Origin: Vicugna vicugna
Lineage: Eukaryota
Assembly: GCA_013265495.1 (NCBI GenBank)
Contig: MU058221.1
Location: 1,860,001 to 1,924,000 of the forward strand
Length of the DNA stretch: 64,000 nt
Direction: 5' to 3'
In this document: positions 25,905-39,459 of the stretch, in pieces
How the letters are laid out: each line of letters opens with the position of its first letter
Position numbering within the stretch: the stretch's first letter is position 1
Program-made: the position numbers and the translations under genes
The notes under the pieces: model-generated
Seen by the model: the letters and a program-made list of their open reading frames with translations, nothing else
What the model was told of the DNA's origin: nothing
Database searches by the model: none

Positions 25905-26250
25905 AAAAAAAATGGAAACAGTTCAAATGTTCCCTCAACTGGGCAATGAATAAACAAATTTAGTGCTGTGCTCAGCAATAAAAAAAAAGAATGCACTACT
26001 GAAGCAAACAATACCAGGATAATTCCCAAATACAACATACTAACTGAAATAAACCAAGTCAAAGGCTGCATGTTATATGCTTCCATTTATGTGCCATCCT
26101 GGAAAAGACAAAGTGTATGTACAGGAAAAAAAGTCTGTAGTTGCTCAGGGTGGTAGATGGGGAGGGCTTGAATACAAAGGGACACGGAGTTATATACAAT
26201 TTACCAAAAGGTAAATATCATCGTACCTTAGTTATACTTTAGTTTAAAAC
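25905..26250 (+). mobile_element. Old L1 (L1M) 3' fragment
   Basis: tggaaacagttcaaatgttccctcaactgggcaatgaataaacaaat...tatatgcttccatttat. Confidence 0.6.
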
Positions 26251-28079
26251 ATGAAAAACCCTACTATCACCAAAGTAGTAAGATTTATAGAATAGACTAA
26301 CCATTACATTTAAATTTTAACGTATTTTAATGAAATGCCTTTTTAATGTCTTTAGTGTCTAAGATGTAGTTCATTTCCAAAAGAAATTATTATGAATCGA
26401 GAATCAGGAGTATGGTCTAAAAACATTATTTTACATTTCCAGTTAAGGGATCCATCAGTCCCTTTTAGGTCGGCAAGCTATCCGCTCCTTCTCTTGCTGC
26501 TCTGTTCCTTCCCCCTTTTCTCTGCACCTTCCTTTTCTCCAGTTACTCTTCCTGAGCCCTGCTCTTTCCAGTAGAGGCGCTGAGATTCCTGCAGCTCTCG
26601 GTGAGGAACGACACAGGAAGGAAAACCACATGCAGGCATATTCGGCCTCAAGGGGCCTCCTTTGTTTACCGGCAAGGATGAAAGTGCATGAATGCAGCAC
26701 TGAGCAGAGGTGACCGCTACATCTAGCACAAACAAAGACTTCTAGGATTTCTTCTGTAAAGAAACATTTTTTCTTTGGTTTGTCTCAGAGCTTCCCATAA
26801 ACTTTTTCACGTTCAAATCTTTCCTCCAACCAACTTTTTTTTTCCCTAAAGACTCTGTGGCACACATTCTAGGAGATGCTTGTCCGAGTTGTGTTCTTTC
26901 CATAAGTTGTGAGTGTAAAGAAGAAAAACTCCGACTGGAGGAAAAGCAGGGCTGGAAAACTGTCTCCTAGATAGAGATGAGATTTTTTCCCTTTGTCCTA
27001 AATACAAGTCCACAAAAAAAAAGTTAAGTGGAGCAGGAGGTGACAGCAATCATTCGTTTTTACCTTTAGGAAGGACATATTCAGTATTTCTTTTTTTATA
27101 TATATTCAGTGTTTCTAATGAACTTTCACTTTGTGAGAGCACTGAATAAAGCCGATGTGGTGCCTTCCTTTATGGAGCTTCCAGTTTAACAGGAAGCATT
27201 AAAGGAGAGGGACAAATCAAAATTGCAAATAAATATATACCACGAAACATCGTCAATATTATAAAAACTGTCCTTTGGTAAGAATATTGCCAATACCTTC
27301 CAAATGCTGTGATTTTGAACGTGCCTCATTTTTACAGTTGAGTATGTTTACTTTGTGTATCTTTAATTATATTCAGCAAAACCCCCTGCTTGTTCTAATT
27401 ATTCGTCATTATGTATGTCAGTCAAAAAGCACCCGGAATGAGAGTGAATGCTAACAGTCCGTGATCTACCCTGCTGGCCCATTAGTAGGCTAGGTAATAT
27501 ATCTGTGAGGATACTGAGGTTCAAAAAGGAAAAGCTAAACTAAGATAGATGAAGGACACTTGACTAACCCTGAGCTGAATGCATTTTCTGAGTGCCACGC
27601 GGTGGCAAATTCATCTCTGTAAGGAAAAGCTTAAAAGTTTAATTCAACAGCAATCGAGATTTCTGGAATGATGCCATTTATATTTATGGAATTAATATCA
27701 ATCATTTTACCATAATTTCCAAATGTGCAGAGGGAATCAATGAGTGGGAACGAAGTCGAGATGGCCCCATTTCAAATGAGAAGTGAAGAAGCAAAGTAAT
27801 GAATTTTAGAAAAGTCAAGACCAAGATATGGAGTGGAGATGGCGTGGACGAGTATTATGTTCAGGGCCAGAAATACCATCCAGACCGTGCAAAGGTAACC
27901 AAGAAGAGGTCTCAGTTTTTCAGGAATACAAGACAGGAAGCTGGTAGACCCAGAAACCTAGACTATGGGTCCAGGCTACTCCTCTGGTTGGATGTCTCTG
28001 TTCCTGCAGGAGAACTGGGCAGAGGAGAGCCTATGTCACAGCATGGGAGCCATTAGCCCATGTTTTTGTGAAAGCAGGC

Positions 28080-28434
28080 TGTCCCATTCATTTGGGCTCC
28101 TGTAACAAATACACCGTAGACGGGGAAGCTTGAACAGCAAACATTTGTTTCTCACAGCTCAGAAGGTCCATCACCAAGGTACTGGCAAATTCAGTGTCTG
28201 GTGAGGACCTGCCCCCTGGTTCCTAGACACCTGTCTTCTCACTGGGTCTTCATGTGGCAGGAGGGGCAAGAGAACTCTCTGGTGTCTCTCACATAAGGCC
28301 ATTCATCTTACTCACGAGGGCTCCACCCTCACGAGCGAATAGCCTCCCAAAGGCCCCACCTCCAAATACCATCATGTTGGGGATGAAGTTTCAATATGTG
28401 AACTCAGGGGAAACACAGCCCTCCAGTCTATCCC
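28080..28434 (-). mobile_element. MLT1A-like MaLR solo LTR
   Basis: cctgtaacaaatacac...catttgtttctcacag...cctcccaaaggccccacctccaaataccatca. Confidence 0.85.
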
Positions 28435-29088
28435 AGGCTTTAGCCATTCACCAGCAGTAGCAATGAATTTTTTTTAGAGCTCTGCTGATAAATTACACTT
28501 AAACCTAGGTGCCATACAAGGGCTAGAGAACTGGGGCAGGGGGTGTGGCTGGTCTACAGTGTTCTCATCTCTGTAAGGAAATACATTATGCACGCTGCTC
28601 CCTTGTACTGCCGCTGATTTGACTCTTGCCTCAGCTCTCTAGATCTTATCATTTCCTGAGAGCTCAGCCCATCGTCACGTCCCTGCTTTCAGCTTGTCCC
28701 CTCCCCTCCCTGAAGTTTCTGCTGCTAGAATCTCCTTGTCTTACCCTGTGACAGTGTTTTCTGGCTACTGGCCGTTTTCCTCAGTTACCTTCACATAAGT
28801 ACACTCATCTGTACTTGATAAAACGCAGTGCCCCAGGATTTAGCCGGCTGATCATGCCTAGAAACCCCACGAAGATGTCTTTGCCAACTTTCCTATGGGT
28901 TCTTCTGCTGATCTGTTGCCTTCAACATACGCCACATGAGAATACAGAACAAACGTTTTCTTTAAACTCATATCCCCTAAATATCAAAGGAAAATCTATC
29001 AGGATGTCCCCTTGACAGATTAATTATGGTGAGAAAACAGAGTTCCCTGAATTACTTCCAACTGCTTTTCTTACCTCCCAAATACCTG

Positions 29089-29110
29089 GTGTGCGTGTGT
29101 GCATGTGTGC

Positions 29111-29141
<31 letters not shown>

Positions 29142-29157
29142 TGTGTGTGCGTGTGTG
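29089..29157. repeat. Compound (TG)n/(CG)n/(TG)n microsatellite with uninterrupted purine-pyrimidine alternation
   Basis: gtgtgcgtgtgtgcatgtgtgcgcgcgcgcgcgcgcgtgtgt...gtgtgtg. Confidence 0.95.
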
Positions 29158-29966
29158 AAGGAGGAAAGAAAAAGAATGTCTTAGAAACGTGTTCTGCTTG
29201 TTTGCATTTCCGAGGCGTTCTTTGCTGTCTCACTGCTGGCCCAGAAATCAAGAATCTGTCATCTTTGATCATTGGCCTGTGGGCTTACAAGTCCCCCTGG
29301 AGTTAATTGAAGCCTGGGGCCTCTAGAAATGAATGGGCGTAGGCACAGGGAGAGGAGCAAGATATGCCAGTCACTGTTCCAAGTGAATGAACAAGGATTT
29401 ATGTAACCAGTATGCTAAACTAGCCCAACTGGTGGGATGCAGTCACCAGGCAATTTAATTTTGCTTTTTTTATTCTTCGTTAATTACTCAGTGGGACTAG
29501 TTTTGCCCCAGCAATGAAAAGTCTGGCAGTTATGTATCTTTTATAGTTATTGGAAAGACTTGTAAATCCCTGACATTATTTCAAGACACAAATCATAATC
29601 TCAAATTGCTGCTTAGAATGCCCAATCCCATAAGTAAATATTCCAAATTCATTTAACGTTGCAGTTACTCTCTCGTCTTCAACTCAAGACTGCTGCAAGT
29701 GGAAAAAAAAAAAAAAGAAAGAAAGAAAGACAGGTTTCCACTCTAATTCCAAATTCCTCCTCTTCCAGTTTCCAGCACTTTCAGTCCTAGGGCTTGGAGG
29801 CCATAGGTTAAAAGAAGCCAGCCAGATGCTCATGAAACCCATTTCTTTATCCTGGGTATCCTGCAGTGCCAATTGGCGCCTGGCGAGGCCCTGTGGCCCC
29901 CAAACTTCCAGTCCTTAGGAATCTGCCTACTCCTCATCAGAAGATAAACTCCTGATGGGTGTTTGC

Positions 29967-30389
29967 TGTAGCAGAACTAACAGCCCTGGGGAGTGACCGC
30001 CCTCACCACGGCTCAGGCAGACTTGTCTCAGCCCATGTCTCCTCTTCATTGGAATCATAAATTCCACTACCTTGATTGTGTCAGCTCACGTCTCCATCTT
30101 ACTGGGGTCATAAATCCACTGTCCCCCTGTATACCAAAGCCCGTTACCTCACTTCCAGCCAATCAGAAATCTGCTCCCTATCCTTTGTGTCCACAGCCCC
30201 TTCCTCATTAAAGACCCTGCACGTTCCCGCCGGTGGACACGCAGGCACCCCTTGCCTACGTGGCCCACTGTTGCCTGTAGCAGCATAACCATTAAACTTT
30301 CCTTTGTTCTTAAACTTTCCCTTGCCTTTGGTGAATTCTTCTTACCAACCCACATCACCGGCCCTGCCAGTGTCCCCCAACCCATGGCA
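29967..30389 (+). mobile_element. ERV-type solo LTR
   Basis: TG..CA bounds, CCAAT (~30159), ATTAAA (~30291) and a U5-like tail (ggtgaattcttcttacc). Confidence 0.55.
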
Positions 30390-30732
30390 CTTCCCTTCAT
30401 CTAGGTTGAGCCATGTGACTAGTGTTCCCCCATGGAATGCAAGTGGAGGTGATGGATCATTAGCAGTCTGGGGCAGACAAGATAGGAGTGTGTTGGATGT
30501 ATCTTCTCCACGATTTTCGTCATCTCTTGGCCAGATGTAAAGAACCCAATGGGGCACTCCAAGGCAGAGCCATAAATTGAAAGGAGGCTGATTTTGTCAA
30601 TCACCAGATGGAAGGCTGCAAACCTAACAACTCAGCTGTGATAGGAATGAGAAATATGACACTGTGGTATTAAAGCATTTAGATTGGTAGTCATTTGTTA
30701 TAATATCTAGGGTAACCTACCCTAATTAATAC
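30390..30732 (+). mobile_element. MLT1-like LTR fragment
   Basis: gccatgtgactagtg...atggaatgcaagtggaggtgatg...catttgttata...taatac. Confidence 0.55.
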
Positions 30733-31199
30733 TTGAAGGGAGTAACAATAAAAAAAGGAAGGGATATTTACATGCAAAGAGAAGAATATATCCCTGCAAC
30801 ATTGCCTTATACTTCTCACTGGCAGTTTTCTTGACTCAGATGATACATTCTCATCTTCCTGATAACTTCCTTTGTCTACAGATTTTGGGAATCTGGCTTC
30901 ACATTTAGCTTCTCCCTTCTTATCTTAGCCTTGTTATCTAAGAAAACACCCATCCAGTTCTGTTTCATGCATGGTCCTTATCTGATCCAGTTGAAACATT
31001 CACACATCCTTTGCTCCAAAAAAGTCTGAGCACACGGGTAGTCAGATGGCATGATCTTGCTTCCATTACCTTCATCTCCATCTTCAAAGCATCTTTCCAG
31101 CCTGCTTTTGCCTTTTGGATTTTCCAGGTAATAGTCAGACACTAGCTTAATTAATTCACATTACTGAACATATCAATTATGTGTGTATAATATGTGTGT

Positions 31200-32450
31200 A
31201 TGTTTTTGTTTTAACAATATTTTTTGTACTGAGAATCCTTGGTCTTTAATTTCTCTTTTATCATGAGTGTCTGGTCATATTTCATTGATGCTATCTTCCT
31301 GAAGTTCATTGAAAAAATGCATATAAAATATTACACATGACTTGTTTTCTGCATTCACTCTGTGTTCAGTGGTTTGTTGACCCTTCTCACTAGATTTGAG
31401 CTGAGGGACAGGATGCCATGGCCCAGGGCCTTTGAGGAGTGGGACTCACAGCACCTAAGGAGCTCCCTCCAAAAGGTCCTCTTCCTTTCACTATGCACCC
31501 TTACCCTCTTTAACTCAACATGAGGTGTTCAAGGGTTGTGGAAATATTTTTATAGCTAAGTAATTTGAAAATTTCATTCCTAGTGATCAGTTTGATCAAG
31601 TGGTCAGTTTCTTCCTTTGGATCTGGTATCTTTCTTTGGAATGTTCTATCTATTGTGTTTTACTACCTCAGAAGAAACTTCAGATATAAACCATGACATT
31701 TACCAGTGTGTAGAATTCTAGAGCTTCCAGGGGTTCACTCTCGGAACTTTTTAGACGTTGCTGGATTATTTTCCACCATTGTGTTTTGCAGATATGAAAA
31801 CATGTTCCTGGTTGATTTTGAATCTTCTCTCTCTCTCCCCCTCTATTTCTATCTCTTTTCTCTTTTTCTCACTATGTGCATTTAGGAGATTTATTTTTTT
31901 CCATAAAGATTCATAGACCTAATCTGAATTTTCAACCCATCTTTCTTCAATTCAAGGAAGTTATCCTCTATTAAACTCTTTAAATTATTGATTCCATTGT
32001 ATTCACGTTGTGCTGTCTTTCTGGAAATTCTTGTACATGGATATCAAGACTCTCAGATATATCGTCCATATTTCTTTTCTTTGTTTTTTACTTCATTTTA
32101 TTATTCTTTTTGCATTCTTAGATAATTGCTCAAGTTAATTTACTAATCTCTTTGTTAGCAGCATCCATTCTGTTCATTGTGTGTGTTTCTGGTTAATTTC
32201 AGCAATAATGCTTCATACTAAACACTCTGATACTCCATTTCCTCCTTTTCTCATAGCAATTTGGTCTCTTCTAATGCAACAACCTCTTAAATTTCATTGA
32301 GAAAATGATTTTCAATTTTCTTGAAGTTTATCTTAGTCTATTGTGTTAATCCTGTCTTTCTGAGGGTCACTTGAACTTAGTGTTACATTGACCTCCTTTC
32401 GGCTGATAATTCTTTTCACTCTTATGCTAAATATTTAATTCTCTGATTAT
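31200..32450 (-). mobile_element. Highly decayed L1 fragments
   Basis: T-rich sequence with L1-like antisense motifs (tttcttcaattcaaggaagttatcctctatta, ctttctggaaattc); boundaries uncertain. Confidence 0.45.
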
Positions 32451-33014
32451 ACATCAACCTCCAAATTAATGTTTTTAATGCAGTTTTTTTCAAAACCAGA
32501 CCCAAGGCAAGTGGCTATCATCTTTTATTTCAATGGAAATATTATAACTAATTCCCAGAACTTCAAAAGTCATGCTAATTTTTCCCATGAATAAAAAATT
32601 TTTTAACTTAATTACAAATAAAGTGAACATTAAAGAGCACTTCCACCAGTCCCTAATTGAAATGCAATTATAATTCTATAATTGGAAAAAATTAGGTGAG
32701 CCGCACAAAATCATTCTGGGTAAAGAGCCTCTGAATGTTCCCTCTAGGAAAGTACATCCTACAAGTATGTTTTCTCTGATTGTATGTTAATGAAAAAACA
32801 ATAATAAAAAATGCTCTGCTCCTCCTTAGTCCCTGTCCCTCTCCCTCTTGCTTTGTCATTTTCCAATGATGATGTCATTTCAAAATGATGATAATCTGGA
32901 GTGGGCAACTTTTGCTTAGTCATGAAGAGACAAATCTAGGTGTGCTGAGTCAGCAAGAGGAGACTGCGGGAAAGTCTCTTTCCCTGAGATGATATAAGAG
33001 GTGAAAAAGTAGGC

Positions 33015-33260
33015 TAAGAACACTGTATTATGCACTTAAAAATTTGTTAAGAAGATAGATTTTATGTTAAATGTTCTTACAATATACACATCGTTGCACA
33101 CACTCACGAGGGCATGAGGAAATTTTTGGAGGTAATGGACATGTTTATTACCTTGAGTGTGGGGATGCTTTCCTGGTGTCTGCATACACTCAAACTCATC
33201 AAATTGTATACATTAAATATGTGGGGGGTGTATATCAGTTATACCTCAATAAAACTTTTG
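33015..33260 (+). mobile_element. L1MB-like 3' end
   Basis: cactgtattatgcacttaaaaatttgttaagaagatagat...ttatacctcaataaaac. Confidence 0.8.
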
Positions 33261-33487
33261 TAGATAGATAGAAAGATAGACAGATAGAAAGACAGACAGA
33301 CTTCATAAAACACAAAAAAGAAAAAAGAAGAGAAGGCTAAATGGAAGAGGCGAGCACTGAAGCTACTACTAACTCTGTCCTCTGAATACACCCCAGGGCT
33401 GTCTGTTGGATATGATAGATAGGAAGTTTAGAAGAGGAAGAGAAGGAACTGAAAAGTAGGCTGGTGTTTATTAAATGGAATAGGCCA

Positions 33488-33610
33488 GATATAGATATAC
33501 ATATAGATAGATATATGGATATATAGATATACATAGACATATAGATTTAGATATATAAATGAACAGATATATCGATAGAGATAGATAGAGATAGAGATAG
33601 AGATAGAGAT
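33488..33610. repeat. (GATATA/GATAGA)n degenerate microsatellite
   Basis: Visible tandem array. Confidence 0.85.
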
Positions 33611-33936
33611 GTGTCTGGCAAAAACATCGTACACATACACTTGACTAAACCCAACGTAAAAGGGATGCTTTCAGTCAGCTGAGATAAGTAGATCTTGTTG
33701 TGGCATAGATTCAAGTGTAAGATTTTCATTCTTCTACACAATTGAAAAATATTATATACTTATTAGGAAAGTGATAAGCTGTTATAGTGGATGCTATAGT
33801 GGATTTCAATTTATGTTGCTTTTAGTTGAGGATTAAAAACAAAGAGACTGTTTCCTAAATGGGAAGGTCATTAGGATTTTTAAATGAAGTGAACAAAAAC
33901 TTGTCTTGTGATATTAGTGTCTAGATGACATCAAAG

Positions 33937-34578
33937 TGTTACAGAACCAAACTTGAGTCTGCCTGCCTGTGAGCAGGAAAGCCGATCTACCAACACCAGG
34001 TTGTAGTGAAGGAAAGTACAGTGTTTATTGCAGGGCGTCAAGCAAGGAGTCCAGGGAAGCTAGTGTTTAAAAGGCCCAAGTGCCCTGCAGGCTTCCAAGG
34101 AAAGGATTTTAAAGACAGGGAGAGAGACAGGGGCTGTGGGCTGTGTGATCACCTCATGGACATTCTTCTGATTGGTGGGTGGTGAGGTCATCAGCAGTCA
34201 ACATCGTCAACCTTCTGGTTCCAACCAGTCTGGGGTCTACGTGCTTGTGGGCAGCATACAGTTAACTTCTTCCACCTGGTGGGGTTTTTTTTCAGGATCT
34301 GCAAAACAGCTCAAAGGGTTTGGCTCAGAATCTTATGTATAGACCTTGAGGAGGCACTAAAGGTCCTTGACTTTATTTAATGAATAAACTATTATTATTT
34401 TATCTTTCTTGACTGTTTTCTTTTCTTTCTGCATTTTCTCACTTCTCTGATTAAGTGTGCTCTTTGACATTGGGAGAAGCCTGGGAGATTAAAGGTTGTC
34501 TACAGACAAGAGGCAGGTGAAGGACATGGGGTGGAGGTCTGTCCAGGGAAGGCCCTGTAGGGTCCTGCTTGGTTAAAA
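33937..34578 (-). mobile_element. ERV1-type solo LTR
   Basis: Starts TGTTAC, minus-strand AATAAA ~34024, CCAAT (attgg ~34171), ends gggtcctgcttggtta; flanks aaag/aaag. Confidence 0.85.
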
Positions 34579-35099
34579 AAAGGTCTAAAAGGCTTCGGAG
34601 CTGAAGATTAAAGGAGAAGTACATTTTGTGGGAAAGACGGCCTCACTTCCCTCCCTTGCATGCAGCAGGTTGGAGGGTGCTTCCTCCTAATCTCAGATCT
34701 AGTGGGAAGTGAGTTAGGTACAGCTGTTAGAGAGTTCGAAATGTGTATGAGGGAGGTGGAAACAGTAGGCTGGCTTTTGACTCAAGCCTGAGAAATGGAA
34801 AGTGTCAGGGATTGTGGCTGCTCAGCTGCTCTGGTGTTGGCGTGTTGAGATTACCCTGAGCTACCAAATTTTACCCAAGCAAAAGTATCTCCTCTGAATC
34901 ACATGTGGGTCACATGCTCAAGAACGCTAGCATCAAATTGTTCCAGTAGTCTCAGAGCTCTACTTGGAGAGGCAGAAAGACAGTGATGGAAAAAAGAGCT
35001 TAAGAAGGAGTCATCAGCAACCAGCCAGAACAAATGGATTCACTGATGCCCGGAGAACTTCAGACATGGGAATCCTTGTCAGTCAGGATAAACTAGAAC

Positions 35100-35328
35100 A
35101 GTAGCTCTCATCCAGGGATGATTTCATCCCCCAGGAATATTAGGCCATTGCTGAAGGCAGGTGTGGTCATCACAGTTTGGGAAGATCAAGAAGTATGTGG
35201 GCAGTGCTGCTGGCATCTGGTGACCAGAGGCCAGGGATGCTGCTAAACACCATGCACTGTACAGGACAGCCCCTTACAACAAGGAATTATCCAGCAAAAT
35301 GTCAAGAATGCCAAGGTTGAGCAACCCT
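35100..35328 (+). mobile_element. MER20-like DNA transposon
   Basis: gctggcatctggtgaccagaggccagggatgctgctaaacac...acaacaaggaattatccagc...gccaaggttgagcaaccctg. Confidence 0.85.
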
Positions 35329-35339
35329 GGGCTGGAGCA

Positions 35340-36040
35340 TGCTGACTTAACAAGCAATCCCCAAATCCTAGCGGTTGATGACAGAAAAATTTATTTTTTC
35401 ATTTGTATTGCATGTCCATTGCAGCTTGGCTGTGGCTCTGCCCACAGGTCTTCATGGTAGAAACCAGCCTTCATCTGGAACGTCACCAGTCAACATGGTA
35501 AAGCAAAAAGAGATGGATTAGCAACATACTAACTTTTAGAGCTTCTGGTCGAAAGGACAAACATCTTGCCAGAGCAAGTCCCCGTGTCCGCTGGCTATCT
35601 ATTACTGGGTAACAAATTACCCCTGAATTCAGTAGCTTAAAACAACACAAAATTATTGTCTTCTAGTTTTTGTAGGTCAGTAATCAAACACAGCTTAGCT
35701 AATTCCTCTTCATCGAGATCTCTTAAAAGCTGCAGTCAACGTGGCATCAACTGGGACAGGAGCTGCTCTGGCGCTCACTTGGTGGTTCCTGGCACGGATC
35801 AGCTCCTCGTGTGCTGTAGGACTGAAGGTCTGTGTCCCTTGCTGACCAGCGGCTGGAGGTTGTCCTCAGTTCCTAGCCAGGTGCCCCAATCCACCAGAAT
35901 AAGCATGAATGAAGAGCCGTAGAGAGAGTGCCAGCAAGCAGAAGCTTCCATCATAACCTCATAATGGAGTAGCAGTGGGGGACACAGGCCTCTCACAGGA
36001 AGGGGCACCCCAGATGACCAACCTAAGAATGAGTAACACA
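35340..36040 (-). mobile_element. MLT1-type LTR fragments (probably two nested or adjacent copies)
   Basis: aacaagcaatccccaaatcctagcggtt...; ctatctattactgggtaacaaattacccc...tagcttaaaacaac. Confidence 0.6.
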
Positions 36041-36701
36041 ACCTGCCTTTCCGAACATTTTCCTCTTTCTGACTTCATCAAGCTCCAACTGGGGAGAGGT
36101 GAAGTTCTACCTTTAAATCATGGCATGACATTTTTTAATATTACATTGAACTGGATATATGAATTTCTGAACTGAGAGATAAATGATGCTTTATGACTCG
36201 AGAGTAACCAGAGGACCTTATATCACCTAAGAGCCATCTGAAGGGTTATAGGGGCCCCCACAAATTTCACTCAAAGGAATGAAATAAACCAACTCCGAGG
36301 GAGAAATTTATAGACGGAGTGGAAGGCAAGCATAAAGTTGCATCCTATCCCATGAGCCCACTTCTTCATTCCTTTACTCAGCACTCTGTATTGGTCACCT
36401 ACGATGTGCCAGGCTTACCTCAGGCATGAAAAAAAAAACAAATAAATGAAAATTCCTGTCTTCATCAAGCTTATGTTCAAATGGAGTTGGGGAAGGTGAT
36501 AGACTAAAAGAAATAGTTTAGGTTTATAGTATTTTAGGTGATGGTTCATCCTTAGATATACACGAAAGAGGGAAGGAGACGGGAAATGCTAAAATTTTCA
36601 GAAGTAAAGAAAGTCTTCCCTAAAAATGGTGACACCGTGAGCCAATTGAATATCTGAAAAAAGGTCGTTCAATGTAATATTTATACGTTCTTCAAAGGAG
36701 C

Positions 36702-37163
36702 TGCAATAGAACAGGACCCTGTGGTGTCTTCCTGAGACAGACCCCGCCCCCATATCCTCCACTGTGGCTTCTTTCTGAAGCACCCAGACAATAGTATCTC
36801 ATAGGTATTTCCTGAGTTTTTCAGATGCTAAAAACCACCACCAAAGAGAAAAATCTGACTACTTGATGATCACGAGCACAGGGCCCCCAGACCTCGTGGT
36901 GCCCAAGTGTTGATAGTGTTGATGGACCTGTTCCCCTGTCATCAATCGATCAGAGGTTGTGCACGAGCTGATCATGTACCCCGCGACCCCTTTCCCTCAC
37001 CTGGCCTCTAAATATGCTTTGCTGAAACTCTTCAGGGAGTTCGGGGTTTTCCCCATCCTCTTTGCTCAGTCGTGCAATTATACCTTTCTCTGCTCCAGAC
37101 TCCAACGATTTGGTTTCTTTGGCCTCTCAGTGCATCGGGCACGTGGACCTGCATTCGGTAACA
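36702..37163 (+). mobile_element. ERV1-type solo LTR with perfect TSD, next to an L2 fragment
   Basis: TG (36702)...CA (37163) flanked by GAGC (36698-36701) and GAGC (37164-37167); L2-like antisense sequence at ~36360-36697. Confidence 0.9.
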
Positions 37164-39459
37164 GAGCCATTCTGAACATGAACATTAAACACCACAATGG
37201 TAGGTCCAGAAAGCAAGAGGCTTGTGCATTTTAACACAGACATGTGGTCTGTTTGGAAACAGTGTCTGATCTGGTCTTCACGAGCAGTTACATAGATTGC
37301 TGATTCCTTTTTGCAGACCTCACCTTGACCTCAGAGCACGATGAGGTGGGGTCAGTGGTTTGACTCCTACCGCTGAACCATGGAAGTTAAATACAGAATT
37401 CTTCCCTGAGTAGAGCTCAGAGCAATGAAGTTGTTTGTTTGTTTGTTTGTTTGTTTTAATGTTCCTTTTTTGGTTTCAGCATGACTGATCTTCCTCTCAG
37501 GGCACCAGCTGGAAGTAGGTGATCCATCCGGACTTCCTCTGAGAGAGGCAGCTGCCTAAGACAGACAGAGCATGGAGAGACTTGCCCGCAGATGTGTCGG
37601 GCAGGACCGCTCTCAGGGGCGCGCCCCCCGAGGCGGCTGGGGGCCGTGGGCTGTCCTCTGCCGGGTAGTCCACGGGAAGACTCTCTGGAGCCTGGCAGGC
37701 AGCGGTGGGTCTGTGGCACATCGCTTCCCCCTCCTCACCCCTCCTGGGTCACTCTTGCTTGAAAACCCTTTAAGATTTCCACGAGTTGCATACTAACCTT
37801 TATAGCTTTTACTAAAGAGAGCAAACTATTTCTAATACCTGGGCTATCTTGTCAGGAATTTGCAGCATGAGGGGATTCTAACCCCTACATGGTCCACACG
37901 CTTTCTCCAGAGCGTGTTATGTTGCTGTATGAAAAGAGGTGGAGGTAAACCACATGCTGTCTGTCTCCGTCTCTGTCCCTGTCTGGGTGAAGATTCTAGA
38001 TGGACACACAGAGAGACAGACCAAATGGCTAACCATTGTTACTGTGTGTACCGAGCTAACATGCTTCCTTTTTAGAACCTACTTGTACCTTTAAATGTTC
38101 CTACTATGGTCAAGCAAAGTTTTTTATACTAAGAAAAAAACAACAAAATTTTTTCTTGTAATTCAAACGAATGACAGAATCTCAGCATGCGGCTTATCCG
38201 GGGACGGTGTAGCTAATTGAGGAGCTGTTTTAAACGAAGGGATAACAAGAACTCGGTAGCTATTGAAGATGCACGTTAAAGTGTTGCCATTCATGCTTAA
38301 CAAAAAGGTTCCCACCTAGCAAATTAACGTACAATGCACTGTGCACAATACAAATTTATTCGCGGACAATCATAAGAAACTACATTTTTGTAGTGCTCTT
38401 AAGTTTGCCAATTGCCTTGACATTTCATTTCACTTGATTGTCCTAATGACCACATTAAAACCAAGTCAGGTTTTATTAATCCCGTCTAGATGAGGGAAAA
38501 GAGACGCAGAGCTTCCCATGAGGCACGTTGACAATAGCAAAGATCGACTACGAAGCCGTTGCTTTCTCTACCCGATGACTTTGGCTTTTATGCCCAAGTG
38601 AGCTGGGTGGTAGCGCTGGAGGAGGCAAAACTCCCCAGTAACACAAGTGGGGTCTCATCGCTCAGTACAGCCAGCATTCTTACCTTTATTTTGGTTCCAG
38701 GAATCTCTCTTCGGGGTCTGATATGTGATTTTCACGGGAGAAGCGTCAGGCACAGTCCTCTCTCTAAATAAGAAATTCATCACTTTTTCATCCTGTATAT
38801 CTCATAAACTATTTCCTAGAGGAAATAAACATTAGACTTAGAGAACCTGATGACTTTTTTGTTTTGGTGACCCTGTGACAAGTAGAAAGTAGGATAATTC
38901 TTGGTCATGGAAAACTGAGGAATGGATTTGGAATCATTAAGACTCAAAAGAAAAGCGCTTTTTAAAATAATCTGATTGTAATGAATAGGCTGAAAATTCA
39001 GTCAAGCCTGACTTTACATTCGTGTTTAGTGTCAGTATGGCATTTAGGATTTCGAAGCTGGTGTAAAATTTAGATAGCAACATTTTAAGCCTGATTTGTA
39101 GCACAATTTTCAAGAAAAGTATTTCAGCCAATCAAGCCAAAGCAAATCAAATACATGGGCAGCTATATATTTATATAGGTATAGATTTATTTCATAGAGC
39201 TTCTGCTTAATTATCTAGGTTAATAGGAGGAAAATATATACATAAATACACTACTATTTTGTTTTCATTTTAGCCAAAATAATTAAATGATACACTAGCA
39301 TGGAACCAACTATCTTAACTCTTTGTGGATTTAACCAGTTTCTGTTTTCATGATTTGATGATTAATGTGAAATCGGCAAGAGGCCGACAGCAAGTCTAGA
39401 GGGAAGAGGATCTGGAATAGTCTACACATTGCAAAGTCACCTGTCTTTAGTACTTTAGT

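Noticed and set aside
26568..26583. CTCF-like ccagtagaggcgctg
   Set aside because: One base short in the GGG core, so the register breaks
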